A stretch of DNA of 64,000 bases from Pseudogymnoascus verrucosus (taxonomy: Eukaryota): NCBI GenBank assembly GCA_001662655.1, contig KV460288.1; one strand, written 5' to 3'. Within the stretch, counting starts at the first letter, position 1; each line of letters begins with the position of its first letter. The position numbers were made by a program, and so were the translations under genes. The notes under the pieces were generated by a model. It did not search any database. It saw only the letters and a list, made by a program, of their open reading frames with translations, and was not told the DNA's origin. This document shows positions 62,264 to 64,000 of this stretch, piece after piece.

Positions 62264-63166
62264 AGCACTCTCTCTTAACGTAGTAGTGTGAGAAAACTTT
62301 ATATATATATCCTCGCGGTGCTGGCGACGCTTGAGCGTAAGGTTTAGCTAGCTGCCGTGTGTGTGTGCTCAGAGATGGGCGAATAACAAAAGCTTCGGAT
62401 CTTTCAATTAGTGATCTTTATTGGAATGTGATGCGTGAATTGTGTGAATTGTTCTTGTTGCCACAGTTACCTATCACCTGTGCCATACTGCAAACACCAC
62501 TTTTCTCCACCCACGCGCCGAACCACCATAGCACTCTTTCCCTTCCAACATATGAGTTTTGTCATACTCGCATCGCCCAGTAGTCTATAGAGGGGATTGC
62601 ATATATCTCAGAACCAATACCAGCAATTTAAACTCGTACAATTCACTTCTCCACTTCCATTTGTGAGCAAACTATTTAGCTAAGCTTATCAAGTATAACT
62701 CTGCGTGGTTCATCGCCTCTGCTTAAATCACACTTGCTACAGACAACTGATGTCACCACAATCCCTTTCCACACATTTTACACAGTACGAATAGCAACGG
62801 TTCGATACCGATAATTTAATCTGATGAGGTTGTCGCTCTTTCGCTTTGTTTCAGAGTAAACACATTATGGCAAGTACAGCTTTCGGTAATTGAATGTTTG
62901 TTTTTCAGATTACAGATCTTTGTAATCACCACTCTGGTCTCTAGTCCCTCTAGACTTTCAGCCAGCACGAGTATTTTTGGCCTCAAATACAACACCCCAA
63001 CCTCACCCCTCCCAAAAAATCACAATAAGTCCACCTAACACCAAAAAAACGCCCCCACCACTTGATCCCAAGGTATACCCCATTAACGCCCTCCCCTCTC
63101 CCCCCTCTCCCCTCTCCCTCCCATTTCTCCCCCTACCATTCTCCTTCCCTCATCCCCCCCTTCCCC

Positions 63167-64000
63167 TCAGAACCCCCCCCCAGTCAACCACTCCTGAAAA
63201 TAAACACAACTACTCGCACTCACCGGCCCCCCCTCCTCACAAAGCTCAAAAACAGGACACCTCCCACACGGCGCCTCGGTCACTCCATTCCCCCTCTCCA
63301 CCGCCTCCTCCCCTACAATCGCCTTCCTAACCGCCTTAAACGCTACCCCCTCGGGTCCCGCTACCACTTGCTCGATGCGGCGATCGTAGATGAGAACGTC
63401 GAGGAGGGCGGAGATATCGTCTGCGGAGAGGGTGGTGGAGGTGATGGGGGAGGACTCGATGAAGAGGGTTAGTTCGGCGAGGGAGGGGTAGCCGCGGTAG
63501 GTGGGGGGGAGGGGGAGGAGTGTTATGGTATCTCCCCCCTGTGCTTGCTTGGGTGCTGGGCGGCCTGCAATCCGTTTAAGCGGCCGGCGGGAGGTAGACC
63601 GGTAGAACGACCGCGCTTCGATGTACTTATATAGCACCCCCGTCAAGCCCTCAATAAACGCCTCATCCAGCTCATTATCAGTGTACCACGCCCCTCCCGT
63701 CGCCTTTTCAGACGGGCGGAGAGTGGATTTGATGTACATCTTGCGAGTAGGGTGCTCCACGGATTTCATGTCTGAGATCAGCCTCTTGGTCTCGAGAGCT
63801 TTGAGGGCGGAGCGCATGAGGGATTCGTGGAGGGCGGTTTTGTTCTTGATGGTTTTGGACCAGATTCCTTCGGTGGAGGATTCGTCGATGAGGGAGTAGA
63901 CCATTTCTTGTTCGTGGGTTAGGCCGCGGTATCTGGGGGCCGGGTTAGCAAGTGCGTTCACGTCTGTCTGCCGTTTCTTGACGAGGGGGAGGAGGGAGGG
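63167..64000 (-). CDS. RPC34: RNA polymerase III subunit C34/RPC6; 5' part lies outside the window, intron 3' end at 63933
   Basis: Motifs EGIWSKTIK, KSVEHPTRKMYI...PSEKATGGAWYTDNELD and the C-terminal Fe-S motif PCGRCPVFELC...SC. Confidence 0.92.
   Translation of the reverse strand, partial: PSLLPLVKKRQTDVNALANPAPRYRGLTHEQEMVYSLIDESSTEGIWSKTIKNKTALHESLMRSALKALETKRLISDMKSVEHPTRKMYIKSTLRPSEKATGGAWYTDNELDEAFIEGLTGVLYKYIEARSFYRSTSRRPLKRIAGRPAPKQAQGGDTITLLPLPPTYRGYPSLAELTLFIESSPITSTTLSADDISALLDVLIYDRRIEQVVAGPEGVAFKAVRKAIVGEEAVERGNGVTEAPCGRCPVFELCEEGGPVSASSCVYFQEWLTGGGF

Noticed and set aside
62797..62812. tRNA T-loop-like GGTTCGATACC
   Set aside because: No cloverleaf, acceptor stem or A-box.
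5059..63899. Numerous antisense or overlapping ORFs in the six-frame track (e.g. 5413-6231, 11756-12520, 20471-21223, 34494-35285, 53108-53830)
   Set aside because: They are shadows of GC-rich real genes, with no recognisable domains.

Overview
Eukaryotic DNA from a filamentous ascomycete: short GT-AG introns with CTAAC/CTGAC branch points and RIP-like mutated repeats. The gene style suggests a Leotiomycete such as Pseudogymnoascus, but that is inference. Layout: (1) 1-2.4 kb is an AT-rich nest of RIP-degraded LTR retrotransposon pieces. (2) 4.5-13 kb holds conserved genes (a hypothetical protein, a FAR-17a/AIG1-like protein, VPS53). (3) About 13-34 kb is an accessory island with an internally deleted hAT transposon, a co-oriented PhzF-family / PDR-ABC transporter (AtrB-like) / Zn2Cys6 regulator trio, an intronless Streptomyces-like alpha-amylase, a frameshifted membrane-protein gene, an F-box-like gene, and two diverged copies of a non-coding element whose hairpins show compensatory substitutions. 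(4) 34-64 kb is mostly housekeeping genes (quinone oxidoreductase, DSK2, COX24/mS38, ARP4, GUP1, DUF1776, WSS1-like, ENT3, cyclophilin, RPC34) plus a secreted tandem two-domain KP4 killer-toxin-like gene. The most interesting items are the duplicated structured non-coding element, the putative xenobiotic/phenazine-defence module with a highly patterned promoter, the horizontally acquired amylase under apparently fungal regulatory sites, and the KP4 polyprotein. All homology calls come from motif recognition, not database searches.
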